Below are positions 13,690 through 26,189 of a stretch of DNA of 64,000 nt, piece after piece. Both the position numbers and the translations under genes were made by a program. Source of the DNA: Camelus ferus (taxonomy: Eukaryota); the NCBI RefSeq assembly GCF_009834535.1, contig NC_045696.1:28770001-28834000 (forward strand), in the 5' to 3' direction. The notes under the pieces were generated by a model, which ran no database searches, was not told the DNA's origin, and worked only from the letters and a program-made list of their open reading frames with translations. Every line of letters begins with the position of its first letter. Position 1 is the first letter of the stretch.

Positions 13690-13850
13690 TGGGTGGTGGT
13701 GGTGGGTGAAGCTAGTCTCCAGTTGGAAACATGTTCCTGCTTATCTCTTGTCCTGTTTCTCCCAATCAGTTTCTCTTGAAAGCTCTCCCTTAATAAATGG
13801 CATGCACCAGAATCCCCTTTTCAGGCTTTCTTTTAGAAACTTCAATACAT
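13690..13850 (+). mobile_element. ERVL LTR16-like 3' end
   Basis: ctctcccttaataaatggcatgcaccagaatccccttttcaggctttcttttagaaac resembles the LTR16 polyA/U5 end. Confidence 0.6.
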
Positions 13851-14274
13851 GGGTCCAAATCATGACTCTAATGTAAACCTCTTTATTCCCTTCCTCTTCA
13901 TGAAAGGAACTAAACCCTAGGTATCAGAGAGAATATTACTGATTAATGCTTCTAATTCCTTCTAAAAGCCTGGATTTTTTTTCACACAATGGGGTACAGA
14001 AGTATTCTTCATTTGGAGTAGGGTAGAGGAAATAGCGGAAATTTGCTGAACAATAATAAGTATCAAACTTCATCTGTAAGATAGTCTTAAGATGGAGGTG
14101 GTGCATAACATCCCTAATTAATATGGAAATGTTAATGGAAGAAAAACGACAATATTAAAAACACAGACTGTTACACAGCTAACCATCCAAGGGCTAGTTT
14201 GGGAGGATTTATAATGACTGGAATTCCTTTATTTGATGTCTCTCATCATCATGGTAGATCGACCAAAATGGGCT

Positions 14275-15180
14275 TGTAATATCATGATTTATAATAAGAA
14301 ATATCTATCTGGCCTTTATCCCCATTCCTGGCAACGATCTCCTAAAATCCTTGGGTATCCAAAGTGATGAGAGCTGAGAGTGATAAAGTATAAGGAGCAT
14401 CATAACAAACCCCTTTCAACCACACCTGAGTTTAAGTTGATTAGGTGATTTTGGGAAAACCCCTAGACAACCACAGAATGAGGGCTAGTTGCCAGGGGTG
14501 CCAACCTTGTGAGTAGAAGGTTGGAACTTTCACCCTTACCCCCCACCTCTAGGGAGGTGAGAGAGGATAGAGATTGAGTTCAGTCATCACTGGCTAGTGA
14601 TTTAATCAATCGTGCCTACATAAGGAAGCCTCCATAAAATCTCTAAAACAGAGGATTTGAAGAGTTTCCAGGTTGGTGAACAAGTGGAGGTGCTGGAAGG
14701 TGGCACACCTGGAGAGGGCATTCCTCTTCCCACATACCTTGCCCTGTGCACCTTTTCCATTTGGCTCTTCCTGAATTGTAGCCTTTTATAATCAACTAAA
14801 CAGTAATCTAGTAAAGATACTGTTTTCCTGAGTTCTGTGAGCTGTTCTAGCAAACTGTTGAAACAGAGGAGTTCATGCAAACCTCCGATTTATGGCCAGT
14901 CAGTCAGAAGCACAGGTGACACCTGAATTTTCAACTGGTACCTGAAAGTGGGCGGGGAGACGTCTTGTGCAACTAAGCCCTTAACCTGGGGGCTCTGCAC
15001 TGGCTTCGGACAGAGAGCGTCAGAATGGAACTGAATTGTAGGTCACTCCGTTGGTGGCCAGAGGATTGGTGAACTGCTTGGTGTGGGGAAAAAACAAGCA
15101 AACAAACAAACAAACAAAAAACCCACATGGCTGGTGTACAAACTGTTCTACGTGCAGTAGTGCAGAAAAAGAGTTTCTTT
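14275..15180 (+). mobile_element. MER21-type LTR, near full length
   Basis: Begins tgtaatatcatgatttataataagaaatat; internal gagtagaaggttggaactttcacc, ttcctgagttctgtgagctgttctagcaaac, gaactgcttggtgtggggaaaaaa; homologous to the minus-strand copy at 35245-36064. Confidence 0.9.
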
Positions 15181-17009
15181 TGCTGGCCAATAGCTAATCA
15201 ATCCCTGTAAGACATAAACCAAAACTTATACTCCTCCAAGGTCTATAGGTTATTTTTCTTCTTGTCCCTATTAAATTGAGTTTTTATATTTAATCTATGA
15301 TAACAGGTGTTTTCCCTTTATCCTTCTTTATTTTTAATTCTCTTCAATTTGCAAATGGTTCAGTTATCTATTTAAAAAATTTCTTATATGATAAGAGCCC
15401 TAAATGGAGTATGAGGACAAATCTATTCATATTATTGAAATAAAGACATATCAGCACAGGGCAGTCTCATAATTTGTAATCATTTAGCAGCTTTAAACCC
15501 AAAAGTCATGCACAATAATCCTAGCAAAAAGTAAATTATTACTAAACAGAGTATTGACGTATCACAAGTGGCGATCAATTTTATGGAACTAAAGATAATT
15601 TGAAAGAAGTTCTCAAAAATCTGTCTTTGAAAACTATAAAATCATATGCAAGAAAGAAGTAATAAATAAGAAAGAGACAGAGACAGAAAGAGAAACAAGA
15701 GACACAAGGAGAGAGGGGTGAAATGGATCCTGGTTCTCCTTAGTTACACTCAAATATTTGATGGTTAACTAACTAATACAGAAAGAGAGAGATGTAACAC
15801 CTTAGAAAAAAAATTAATGTGTTGAGTTGGTATGTCTTTATATCTTAATAACCAAGTTTATGAGGTGATGATCTTTTTTGAAGCCACTGAGAGAAAAATT
15901 CATGAGGTTTTATCTAACTTTAATTTCCTTTTCAGAAAGAAAAAAAAATCATCGGATTCTTTATAGGAAAAATGTTATATAGTGGGAAATGTCATATACA
16001 GTATTATATTTTAAGAAAAATTTTGTGAAATTTGCTATAAATAATTATTCTATTCTCAAATATATTGCTGTAGTAAGAAGGTATGTATTTATGTTTCATT
16101 GAAGTTACCAAGACAAGGACACTGTAACTTTAGTTTGGTGTTCCAATATCAATAAAGATTTAACCTACTAAAGATTTAAATCTTTATCAATAAAGATCTA
16201 ACCTCCTAAAGATTTAGCCCATAACACACTCCTTTCCTAGAAAAATAAAACAACAGTAGCAAAAGAAATGCTGGTTTTAACTTCTAATTAGGAAACTTAC
16301 TTACAGTTTTGCATTTTACAGAAAGTAAATAAACTTAAAATTTACATTTAGCATTCATATAAGTGCTGATGTTACAAAAGTAAATAAAAATGATTATTAG
16401 AAGAGCAAATAAATAAATATTAAACAAGCTTTTTTTCATATCAAATTTCTTTTATTTCCACACTCTATCAGTGGTATCAATATTGCAAGTGAAATAGGTT
16501 TTGTAGTTCATATAATTGCTGCACACAGAAACGTAACACTCTGCAGAAAAATCGGTACTAATTTTTTAATACATTTTCTAATGTGAAGTTACCTCAGGGA
16601 AATTTCACATCAGTTGACAGAATATTGAAAGCCCAAGCATGGGAATGCCTGAATCCATATATGCTAAGTGCACCATATCACGCAATCTTTGAATTATGTT
16701 TTGCTTATGAAGTCACCAAGAGCATTTTAGTTTCACTTTATCTTATTCTGAATTATAGATTCTGCTTATATGATGCCTATTACCGTTAATTCCTGCCAGC
16801 TGAGGCAAAAAAATACGTTTTTCTATTATAATAATCTGTTTTACTTCCCGAAGTAGATAGTAACAGTGAATGAGTGAATTACAATTTTTTAAAAAATTAA
16901 AAAAGTATTTATATGATAATGTGGTAAAAAGAAAATAAATAATAAGGATTATGAGGCTCAAAACACTATGTGAGTTGAAATTAGAATACACAAATGAGCA
17001 GCGGTTGGA

Positions 17010-17985
17010 CATCACTCAAAATGGTGGAGTCAGGAACTCCAGGGCTCTGTCCCTCCACAGACACAACTAAAAAACTAGCAAAATTCTTAGAATCAACTTT
17101 CGCAGACTCTGTAATTCTAGTCATAAAGTACAACCACCAGGGGAGAGCGTAAGGAAAGAAGCCGCTGCGGCTTTGGGAGGTAGGAGCTCTACGGCATTTG
17201 AAACGCCTGCCTACCACCTCCCTCTCCCCTGATGGACAGCAGCCCGCGACCCTGGTGCCCATTGTCAGTGCCGGGAGGGAAGCAGACCTTACCGGCAAAG
17301 AACTGCGGCTGTGTGCTTCCTGTCTGGAGGGTCCTAACTTAAAGACTGGCCAAAAGCCTTACCTTTGATTCACTCAACGTGGAACATACCCAAATAGAGC
17401 AACTGAATAAACCTGTAACTATTAAGGAAATGAAAGTCCTAATTTTAAAACTCTCAAAAAGAAATCATCAAGCCTGTATGGTTTTTCTGGAGAATTCAAC
17501 CAAATGTTACAGAAAACTTCACACCAATCCCACATGATCGCTGAAAGAAAATAAGAGAAAGAGGCCTTACGTTTTAAAGCCAATGTTACCCTGATACCAA
17601 AACCTAAAAAAGTAACCCCTAAAAAACCTATAGACCAATATCTCATAACATAAATGCAAAAATCTTTAGCAAATACAATAATGTAATATTTAAAATATAT
17701 ACATGTATATTTATATATATGCAATATATAAAAATAATTATACTATGGCTAAATTGAGTTTATTCCAGAGATGCAAATCTTTTTGATTATTTGAAAATCA
17801 ATCAATATAATCCATCCTATGAAGAGGCTAAAGGAAAAAAAATCACATGATTATGTCAATTGATGCAGAAAAAAACTGTCAAATCCAACACTTTTTCATG
17901 ATAAAAACTCTCAGAGAAATAGGAATAGAGGGGAGTTTCCTCAACTTGACTGAGCATTTACAAATGACCCACAATTAGCATTATG
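17010..17985 (+). mobile_element. Old L1: 5'UTR fragment joined directly to ORF2 Z/RT-proximal fragment (ORF1 and endonuclease deleted)
   Basis: caaaatggtggagtcaggaactcc YY1-like 5' end and CpG-rich UTR; then aagcctgtatggtttttctggagaattcaaccaaatgtt (GPDGFTGEFYQ-like), tcaattgatgcagaaaaa (SIDAEK) and acccacaattagcattat (PTANII-like). Confidence 0.85.
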
Positions 17986-18005
17986 CAGTTGACCCTTGAA
18001 CACAC
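17986..18005 (+). mobile_element. Tigger-type terminal inverted repeat stub
   Basis: cagttgacccttgaaca, almost identical to the start of the Tigger MITE at 55869 (cagttgaccctagaaca). Confidence 0.6.
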
Positions 18006-18049
18006 ATCTCAGCCACAGTAGAACAGCATGAATATTACTCCAGGATTAT

Positions 18050-19566
18050 TCCAGAGGAACTTTGAACCAGTTACCAGAGTAATTTTTCACAGAAACAAGA
18101 AACATTTAAAATTTCTGAGAGCTTTAAGATACTGTTTTTGACTGACTCTAATTCATGGTACCCTGAAAAATTACTATGGTCCATTAAAAGAGAACTTACT
18201 GAATTCAAGTTTTGAAGGAAGTGTAGACTTAAATCTGTCTCATCTTCTATTCCCTGACCACAGCTTTATATGATGGTTATTTTCCTTTCACAGAATAGAT
18301 AATGAAACAAATATACTTAGTAACTGGCAGAATTTCTTGCATGTATTTCTTGACCCCAGAAATGGCAGGAAGGAAGAAATAGAAACCCAAAGAAGTGCCT
18401 CCCTCAACCAAAGTAATAAACAAAAGCAATTCTGCATCCATGGAGGTGACTGCAGAGTTTAGGACTATCATGAAATTCTTGAAAATTGCAGGAATGATCA
18501 ATGTTACTAGATATTTACTTAGTATGATGATTTTGCTACCACAAAAACTAGGTAGGTTTGGGGGAAAGTCTATTTATTGATAATCTATTTGATAATCTAT
18601 CATCAAAACTCTTCCATTTGGTGATACCAATTATACCTAAAGTTACAGAGGTGGTATATTTACCACAGCAAATAAAAGCAGACTTTGGAAACCAGAATGC
18701 AGTTATTAGCCTATTTTTCTTCCTTACCACTATTAGGAAACAAAGTCAGAAGTCGTTTGCTTCCATGTAGAAAGGACAACAGAATGCCTTTATATATTTG
18801 CCTCAAGTGTATGTCAAGTCTGCTTCCTATGACAATCCAGTCCAACAGGACCTTGATTAACATGCTATTCCACAGAAAATGATGCAAGTCCATTTCATTG
18901 ATGAGATTATGCTAATTCCTAGAGAGTAGGAAGCAGGAGACACTTTTAACTCCCCTACTAAAATACATATCTGACAGAGGATCAGAGATAATCCCCAGGA
19001 AACTACAGCAGCTTGACACATTAATTAAGTTACCAAGGCTCTGGTGGCTTGGAGTACGTTGCAATATTACTTCTAGAGTGAGAGACAAGTTGATGAATCT
19101 CACACTGCCTACCATGAAAAAGAGGCTCTTTTTGGATTTTGATGGCACTATATATCACATTTGGAATAACCTGTAAAGCTGTCAGCTTTAAAAGGTGTAT
19201 TGAGAAGGAAAAGGTACTTTTTCATCTGTTTTAGCTTCAGTGCTAGTTATTCCACAACATGTGCTATGCAATATAATGATCCAATATTTTCAGACATATG
19301 TGTTGCTGACAAGGATGTTCTATTAGCCTCTGTCAAGCCCTTCAAATGAAAGTCCAGTTCAAACACATAGAATTCTGCATTTGTGTCATGCTTACTATTA
19401 TAAAAACTATTTTTTGTTGGAAAACCAGTTGTCAGTTTGCTCCTAGGCTCTTGGAAGGACTAATTATCTGACTGAGGGACATCAAATGGGCACTCCAAGT
19501 GGGAATGACTGATCCACCAAACTATAAAATTAGACACAAATGCCTTCATTCCATCCTAGATTTGAA

Positions 19567-19615
<49 letters not shown>

Positions 19616-19740
19616 AGCCAAAGCTTCTTCCAGAAGGCACCAGTAAATTGCACAAAAAAGTATAAAGCACTCATGGTACCTGCTCCTACCACCTCAACGT
19701 CTCCTCCTTATCCAGCTTCATGACATCATGTGGTGTCATA
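18050..19740 (+). mobile_element. pol: Fossil ERV-L internal region: protease, reverse transcriptase and RNase H, heavily frameshifted
   Basis: Piecewise translations match ERV-L pol as I recall it: ILSNWQN; TKVINK...AEFRTIMKFLKIAG (cf. AEISATIKDLKDAG); VIPIIPKVTEVVYLPQQI...QKSFA (cf. VPDVVSLLEQI...QKQFA); HFIDEIMLI at 18891-18917 (cf. HYIDDIMLI); SRVRDKL; VADKD; DPPNYKI; PEGTSKLH. Confidence 0.9.
19571..19610. repeat. (TA)20 microsatellite inside ERV-L pol
   Basis: Perfect TA run read directly. Confidence 0.99.
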
Positions 19741-19769
19741 CACCAAAGGCTACATCTCCTATTAGATAA

Positions 19770-20000
19770 CCCTCCTCCTCCTCATAGAGCTACCATCTCT
19801 CCTTTAAAGATACCAGTTTTTCTCACTGCCCCATCAGGCCTAAGTGTAGTTACAGTTCTTCATGGCCACCAGCCTTGAGGTAGGGCGCCATTGTGCTTGG
19901 TGCCTTATACTCTACCTACACTTTTGTAAAGTATTAGATAACCTTAAAAATACTAACTCTGAATGTTCAAACTGTTTCTTGCCATGATCAGATGGATAAA
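19770..20000 (+). mobile_element. ERVL LTR33-like 3' fragment
   Basis: ccccatcaggcctaagtgtagttacagttc...ctacacttttgtaaag...ctgtttcttgccatgatcagatggata resembles the LTR33 3' half. Confidence 0.65.
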
Positions 20001-20109
20001 AAAGAAAAATAATGCATATTTTCCCTTTATAGTGGACTTATAAAAGAATTTTACTGTTAAGGGCTAGCCATTGCAACCATAGAAGAAAAGAAACAAAAAT
20101 TTAAAAAAA

Positions 20110-23100
20110 AAAAGGATTGGCAAGGAATAAAAAATAAAAAAAAGAGTGACATTATTATGGATGTATGATTATATATTTACTTACACAGTGCAAAGGAACA
20201 TGCAAATAAATTCCCGGAATTATTCAATTCATTTAGCAAATTTACTGAATACAAAGGCAATATATGTAAATCAGTTGTGTAACTATATGCCTTCAACAAG
20301 CTGAAAATTTAAAAAAATATATAATTTACTACAGAATTTAAACTATCGGATAACTATGAATGAATCTAATGGAGTTGTGCAAGATCTTCATGTATTATAA
20401 TAATATATTATTGATCTATATTAAAGAAAAACTATATATATGAAGGATATATTATACTTATTAATTGCAAAGCCAACAATTCTAAAAATGTCATTTTTCC
20501 CCAAATGCATATTTATTTAATGCATTTCATTCAGAAATACCAAAAGGTTTCTTGGTAGACCTAAAAAAGTTTTCCTACACTTGATGTAAGAACACAAAAA
20601 CCAAGAAAAGCCAAGATGCATTTGATGATGCAGAAGTTATAGGATTTGGCTGTTCTTAATATAAAGATTTAATGTATGTTTTATAGTAACTTTAAATGGC
20701 ATCTAATCTATAAAAATGTCAAATTTACATAAACTAACATCAATCAACTATACTTAAAATATAAATACATAAATAATAAAAATTTTATGTAAAATTTAAT
20801 TAGCAAAACCAGTTTGCTACTGGCGTAATAGTTTCCGTATCTATCTACGTTTACATATCTATGTTTACACCCATATATATGATATATTTACATGTAAATA
20901 TACAAGTTATACACACACACATGCACACATACACTTGCTTCATGAGAAATGACACTGCTGATGAGTGGAACAAGGACTGCTTAATATACAGAACTGAAGA
21001 ATCTGATTAATCATATAGAAAATAACTCATACTTCACAAAAATCTATTTCAAGTGGATTCTAGCTGTAATTGTACATAATATAATGATAGAAATTATAGA
21101 ATGTGATTTAGCAAATATCTTCATGGCCAAATGAAAAAGAAGTTATTCCTTAAATAAGACATAAACATGAGCAACCATAAAGGGCTATATTAAAATTATA
21201 AAATCTGTTCATCCAAGTTTCTATTAAGAGAATGAAAGAAAAGTCATGAAGTGAGAGAAGCAACTTGCACCACACCTAATCTTACCTGGAATAAAAATAT
21301 TAAAACTTCTGGATAAAGGGATAGGCAATACACAAGGAACTGTAATTAGCGTGATACCAAAGTTCTCAACAACAATAAAAACAATGGAAGTCAGATAACA
21401 ATGGCCAAACATCTTCCATGTACAGAAAATTAATAAATGGCAACCTAGGTGACTTCTATAACCAGAAAAATATTCATCAAGAATGAATGTGAAATTATGA
21501 TATTTGCTAACAATAGCCAAAAACAAATTTTTAATCAGTGCTTCTCTTCTAAAAAAAATTAAAAGTTATTCTTCAGGCCGATTAAAGCTAATCCTAGGAA
21601 GAATTTCCAAGATGTGGTATGGAAAGAAGCCCAATAAAAATCCTAAATATATGGTAAATACAAATTATCTTGATTTTCATAAATAATGTTAATATCTAAC
21701 TCACTGGTTCACAGTTTATCAAAATACATGATGGCAGTAGTCACAAAGGAAGAGAATAAACGGAGTTGAAAGTTCCTAAAAAATTTTCATTATCATGAAA
21801 AAGAGAAAATATAACTAATTATCAAAATAAAGTAAGCACTAAAATACTAATACAATGCATAACATGCTAAGAGAAAAGAATCATTCCATTATAAAAATTA
21901 CATAGTCAAGTTAAAGAAGATTTTTTGAAAGTACAGAATAAAAAATAATAGAACACGCAAAGCAGCTATGAAAAGCAAATAGGAAGATGGTAGATTTAAA
22001 CTAAACTTGACTGTAAATGAACTAAATGGTCTAAATAAAAGACAAATATCCTTAGGCTGATATTTTAAAAAACCCCATATGTGTTCCTTACAGAGATACA
22101 TCTAAAATGTAAAGCTATTCTAAGATTTGAAATAAACAGAAGGAAACATTAACTATGCAAATTCTAAACAAGTGTAACCATATTAATGTCAGACAGGGTT
22201 GACTTTAAGGGGGTAGTGCCATTAGAGTTGCAAACAAAACTTTCACAATAATAAAAGCTACAATTCAACAGGAAAGCGTTAACAAAACCAATATAAATGA
22301 AGAATAATCTATACTCATTAATTGCAAGGCTGATTGCTATGCAACCAATAACAAAGCCTCCCATTAAAGTAGTAAAAAGACAAGCCACAATGTGAAAAAA
22401 AAAATTTGCAATAGATACATTCAACTAAATATATAAATAACTCCTCTAAATCTATAACAACAAGACCAGGGATCCAAAAAGGAAAAAGAAAAAAAAAAAA
22501 ACAAAAAAAAAAACAGTCGGCAAGTTACTTGAAGAGAAGATTGAAGAAAAGATATTAACAAAATGAGAGATGTATGAAAGATAATCAGGCTCATTGCTAA
22601 TCAGGAAAGTGGAAATCAAAACTATAATAAAACAAACACCTCAAATGCCCCTACTAGAACAGCTAACAAAGAAATCTCAAAACACCTGGTGCTGGTGAGG
22701 ATGTCGTGAAAGAGGAACATTGACACTCTGCAAATGTAAAATGTTAAATTCTAAAAACATATTTCTTAATCCAGCAACAACTTTTAAAATATAATCAAGG
22801 AAATGCTATTTTAATATCTTTATTTGTTACTCTGAGTAATATGGAAATTAGTATATATAAGGAAATTAGTATTTATCTTTTTTTTTCCATTCCTTTTAAC
22901 CTCCAAATTTTATGCATTAGCTACTGAAGGTGTGTATACACATTTCGTATGAACAAGCAGAAGCCTAACAGAGTTAGACTCAAGAAAAATGTACATATTT
23001 GTACCCAGAGACAAGAATGCTCAGGGCAGCTTCATTCTTAATAGCCTGAAGCTGGAATCTATCTAAATGCCCATAAGAATAGAATAGATCAATAAGCATG

Positions 23101-24050
23101 GAACAGTCATATGATAAATACTATACAATAAGTAAAATAAAGGATTTCATCAATGTGCAACATGATGAGAGATAAATCTGGATGGTCTTGAAGGCTGATT
23201 CCCTCCCTCCTTTTGGTAGCTTAATAGAGAGTTGGCTTAACTGGACTTAGAGGCCTAGAGAGAAAGGGAGGTCGATTTCAACACTCCTGATGTTCAACAG
23301 GGTTCCTTCCAGTGAGTCCTTGGCATGCAGACCTTGCCTCTCTGTATGCACAGTGGCTGGAGGTATTCATGACCCTGAGGACCTCTCCATATATTTCTTG
23401 TTAACTTAGAGAAGTTTAGGATTACCTACTCCGTTTTAGGCTAACAAATAAAAACACAAGGTGGTGTGAGGGCACCTTCCTTGCTCTCTCTTGCAGTACT
23501 TTGGCTGCATGCCCAACCTGCTGGCGGATCCCAGACCCTTTCTGCTCAGTGATTGGCCATAGTGCACACAGAACATGTGTACTCTGCCTTGCTGCCAAGA
23601 ACGAGTTCACAAGACTGCCTGTGCTCTACTGTCCAATTGTAAGCTTCCCCCAATGAACCCTATCTTCTGTCTGCGCTGTACATGACATGATCCACTTGGC
23701 TGACCTAACAACTTGGATATATCTCACATGCATAATGATGAGCAAAAAAAAGTCACTCACAGAATACACAGACTGGGTGATTCTGTTTAAACAAGTTTCA
23801 AAATAAGCAAAGCTTAAACACAGCATTTGACTTTAGGATATTGGTGCCTTTAGGCAGGAAAGAGGGAGTGGTGACTGACTGTGAGAACCACGGGAGTTCT
23901 GGGGAGCTAAAAATATCCTCTTTCTTGATATGTGGTGGTAACATGTATAGCTGATGAGTGATGATTATTCGTCAGTGCATTTATGTTCTCTGCATTTGAC
24001 TTTGCCATCAAATGATGCTGTTTAAAGTTGATACATTAAAAAAAAATACG
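20110..24050 (+). mobile_element. Cluster of old L1 (L1MD/ME-type) fragments covering RT, the ORF1/ORF2 junction, ORF2 C-terminus and 3'UTR, with nested insertions
   Basis: ttcatttagcaaatttactgaatacaaaggcaatat (RT); gacttctataaccagaaaaatattcatcaagaatgaatgtgaaat (ORF1); gtaaatgaactaaatggtctaaat (ORF2 start); gctggtgaggatgtcgtgaaagaggaac; 3'UTR ending near 24040. Confidence 0.8.
23163..23710 (+). mobile_element. Solo LTR-like insertion (probably ERVL class) inside an L1 3' region
   Basis: GC-richer ~550 bp block with TG...CA ends and aatgaaccctatct polyA-like signal; the L1 text gcaaca|acttggatatatctc rejoins across it; aaca on both sides. Confidence 0.7.
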
Positions 24051-24109
24051 GTGTTAACATATTAGACATGCTGCAGAGAGAGTTTGTGTTCACTGCTATT
24101 GCCTGCTGT

Positions 24110-24392
24110 CCTCTACTTTTCTCAGCCTGTTGTGCAGTTAATTTTGAGACCCGTGAGCAGACGTAGCATGTGTCACTTCTGGGCTGAGGCTCTTAAGAGC
24201 TAGTGTCTTCTCCCGACTTTCTCTTCTGCTGCCGTGGTGTCCTTGGAGGCCACATGTTCCAGATGGTGTCACTACCAGATGGAAGGAGGCTTCCCAAATC
24301 CCATCAATCTTTATGTGTGTGAGAAATGAACCTGCGTTGCATTATGCAGCTGGAATTTTTTTTGAAGAAACTAAAACTAATTATCCTAATAC
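24110..24392 (+). mobile_element. MaLR MLT1I/J-like LTR
   Basis: gtgagcagacgtagcatgtgtcacttctgggctgaggctcttaagagc; ccttggaggccacatgttccagatgg; gtgagaaatgaacctgcgttgcattatgcagctgg. Confidence 0.85.
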
Positions 24393-26189
24393 CAAATGTC
24401 AACATTATGAACAATATACAAATCGATAAAATTTGGTGATAAAAAGGAAAGGAAGAAAAAGAATATGTACTAATTTTTCTTACTGTTCAAAGTAATGATA
24501 AAACAGACTAAAGATAGAAAACTTTGGTAGGGTTATGTTTAAAATATTTTGGATTCCATTTATAAGTACTAAATTATTATGAGAAACACCCGAAAGCAAA
24601 GCAAAAACAGCTCTTTGTGTGTGCACAGATTGTATCTGTAAGATACACAAGAAAATATTAACATTGGTTATCTCCAGAGACAAAAACATGTAAATGTATC
24701 ATATGAATAAGCTATAAATAAGAATTAAAGTTACAAAATGTTATAGCTGGCCTCAATAAAAATGACATTCTGTTCAGATGTGTACTTTCTATTAAGAAAT
24801 CATCTGCAACTACTATTAGAGTACCTCATTAAGTGTGTCTATCTGTTTATCCTTCCCATTTATCCTCCTTGAAAAGTCAGTAAATTATAGATACAGAGAT
24901 AAACTATCTGATTTAATTTAAGAGGATATACAGCTGATCTCTGCAAGTGATAATTAGATTTACCAAACACTCAAGATTCGGTAGGTAAAAACATTCTATA
25001 AAAAAGAAACTTAGCTCTTGTTTTCCTTCTTCATAGCTCATTAGGTTTCAACTAGTTAAATGGCTAAAGGTCCGTGGGATTTAAAACACAAGAGAGAATT
25101 CTTTTTTTTTTTTTTTTTTTTGATAACTCTGATTTTCTCTAGATAAAATTTGGTGATCATCTTAATTCTGGAAGTAGATAGGGTAAATAAAATTTAAATA
25201 GAGAATTTTACAAATAACTTGATGATTTTGACTGCATTGATAATGACATAAGATAGACATTCAATATATAAGTTTTTCTCTGTATGAGCACGGCCTACCA
25301 ATTCGAAATAGTACTCTCAAATTCTTTCCCTGCCTGGGACACAAAACTATATTTTATATGCAGATGTTTTGCCTATGAAAACAACCTTAACAGGTCAATG
25401 AAATGCTCTTCAGTGGGCCAAATTCTATTATATTATCCACTTAGGAATACTTACCAGCCAAAATTGTATGTGATTCTATCAATATGGTCAATAGATAGCT
25501 CCTCACAGGATAATAACAGCTGCACATCTCATAGGTTTAAGGGGCACTTTTAGTAATGCACCTTAAAAATGCATCTTTTAGTGGTTGAAGCAAGCATCAT
25601 AGTTCTTGCACTGTGAAAGCTGGAGAATACACTGTCCTCTTCAAAACTCTTTGTGATTTTACATGGACCCTTGACTCTAGAAAAAGTTAAATCTAAGTCC
25701 CATTATGATCAGATGATTTAGTTTAAACTCGGGAGAAAGCAGCTTCATCCCCCCTTCATCATTCTGGCTGCCCTTTTCTGACCCTTCTCAGCCCCATCAC
25801 AACTATCTGATGAAATGATGTTATTTTATAGTTTGATTGAGGGGTTTATTGATTCCAGCCACTGCTCTCTACCATATATAAATAGGTCTGAAAGTGAGAA
25901 GGTTTAAATTTGGTAAGGAAAGGGGAGCCTCTGTCATGACATCACAAGCTTTCTGTGATTATTTTTCAGATGAGCTGTCAAAAAAGAGTCACACCCAGGA
26001 AAACTCAACACTTGAGCAAGAAAATGACACAGACAGTAAACTCCACAAGTGTAGCTCTAGAAATGATAATGGAGAACTAAAAGCTTTTTTAACAGAGGTG
26101 GTATTTTCTTTTTTTTTCCATATAAGAGCAAACATTTGAGAGAAAAAGCTCCTAAGAAGTGCACACTTGAACAGGAACTTGTATATGTA

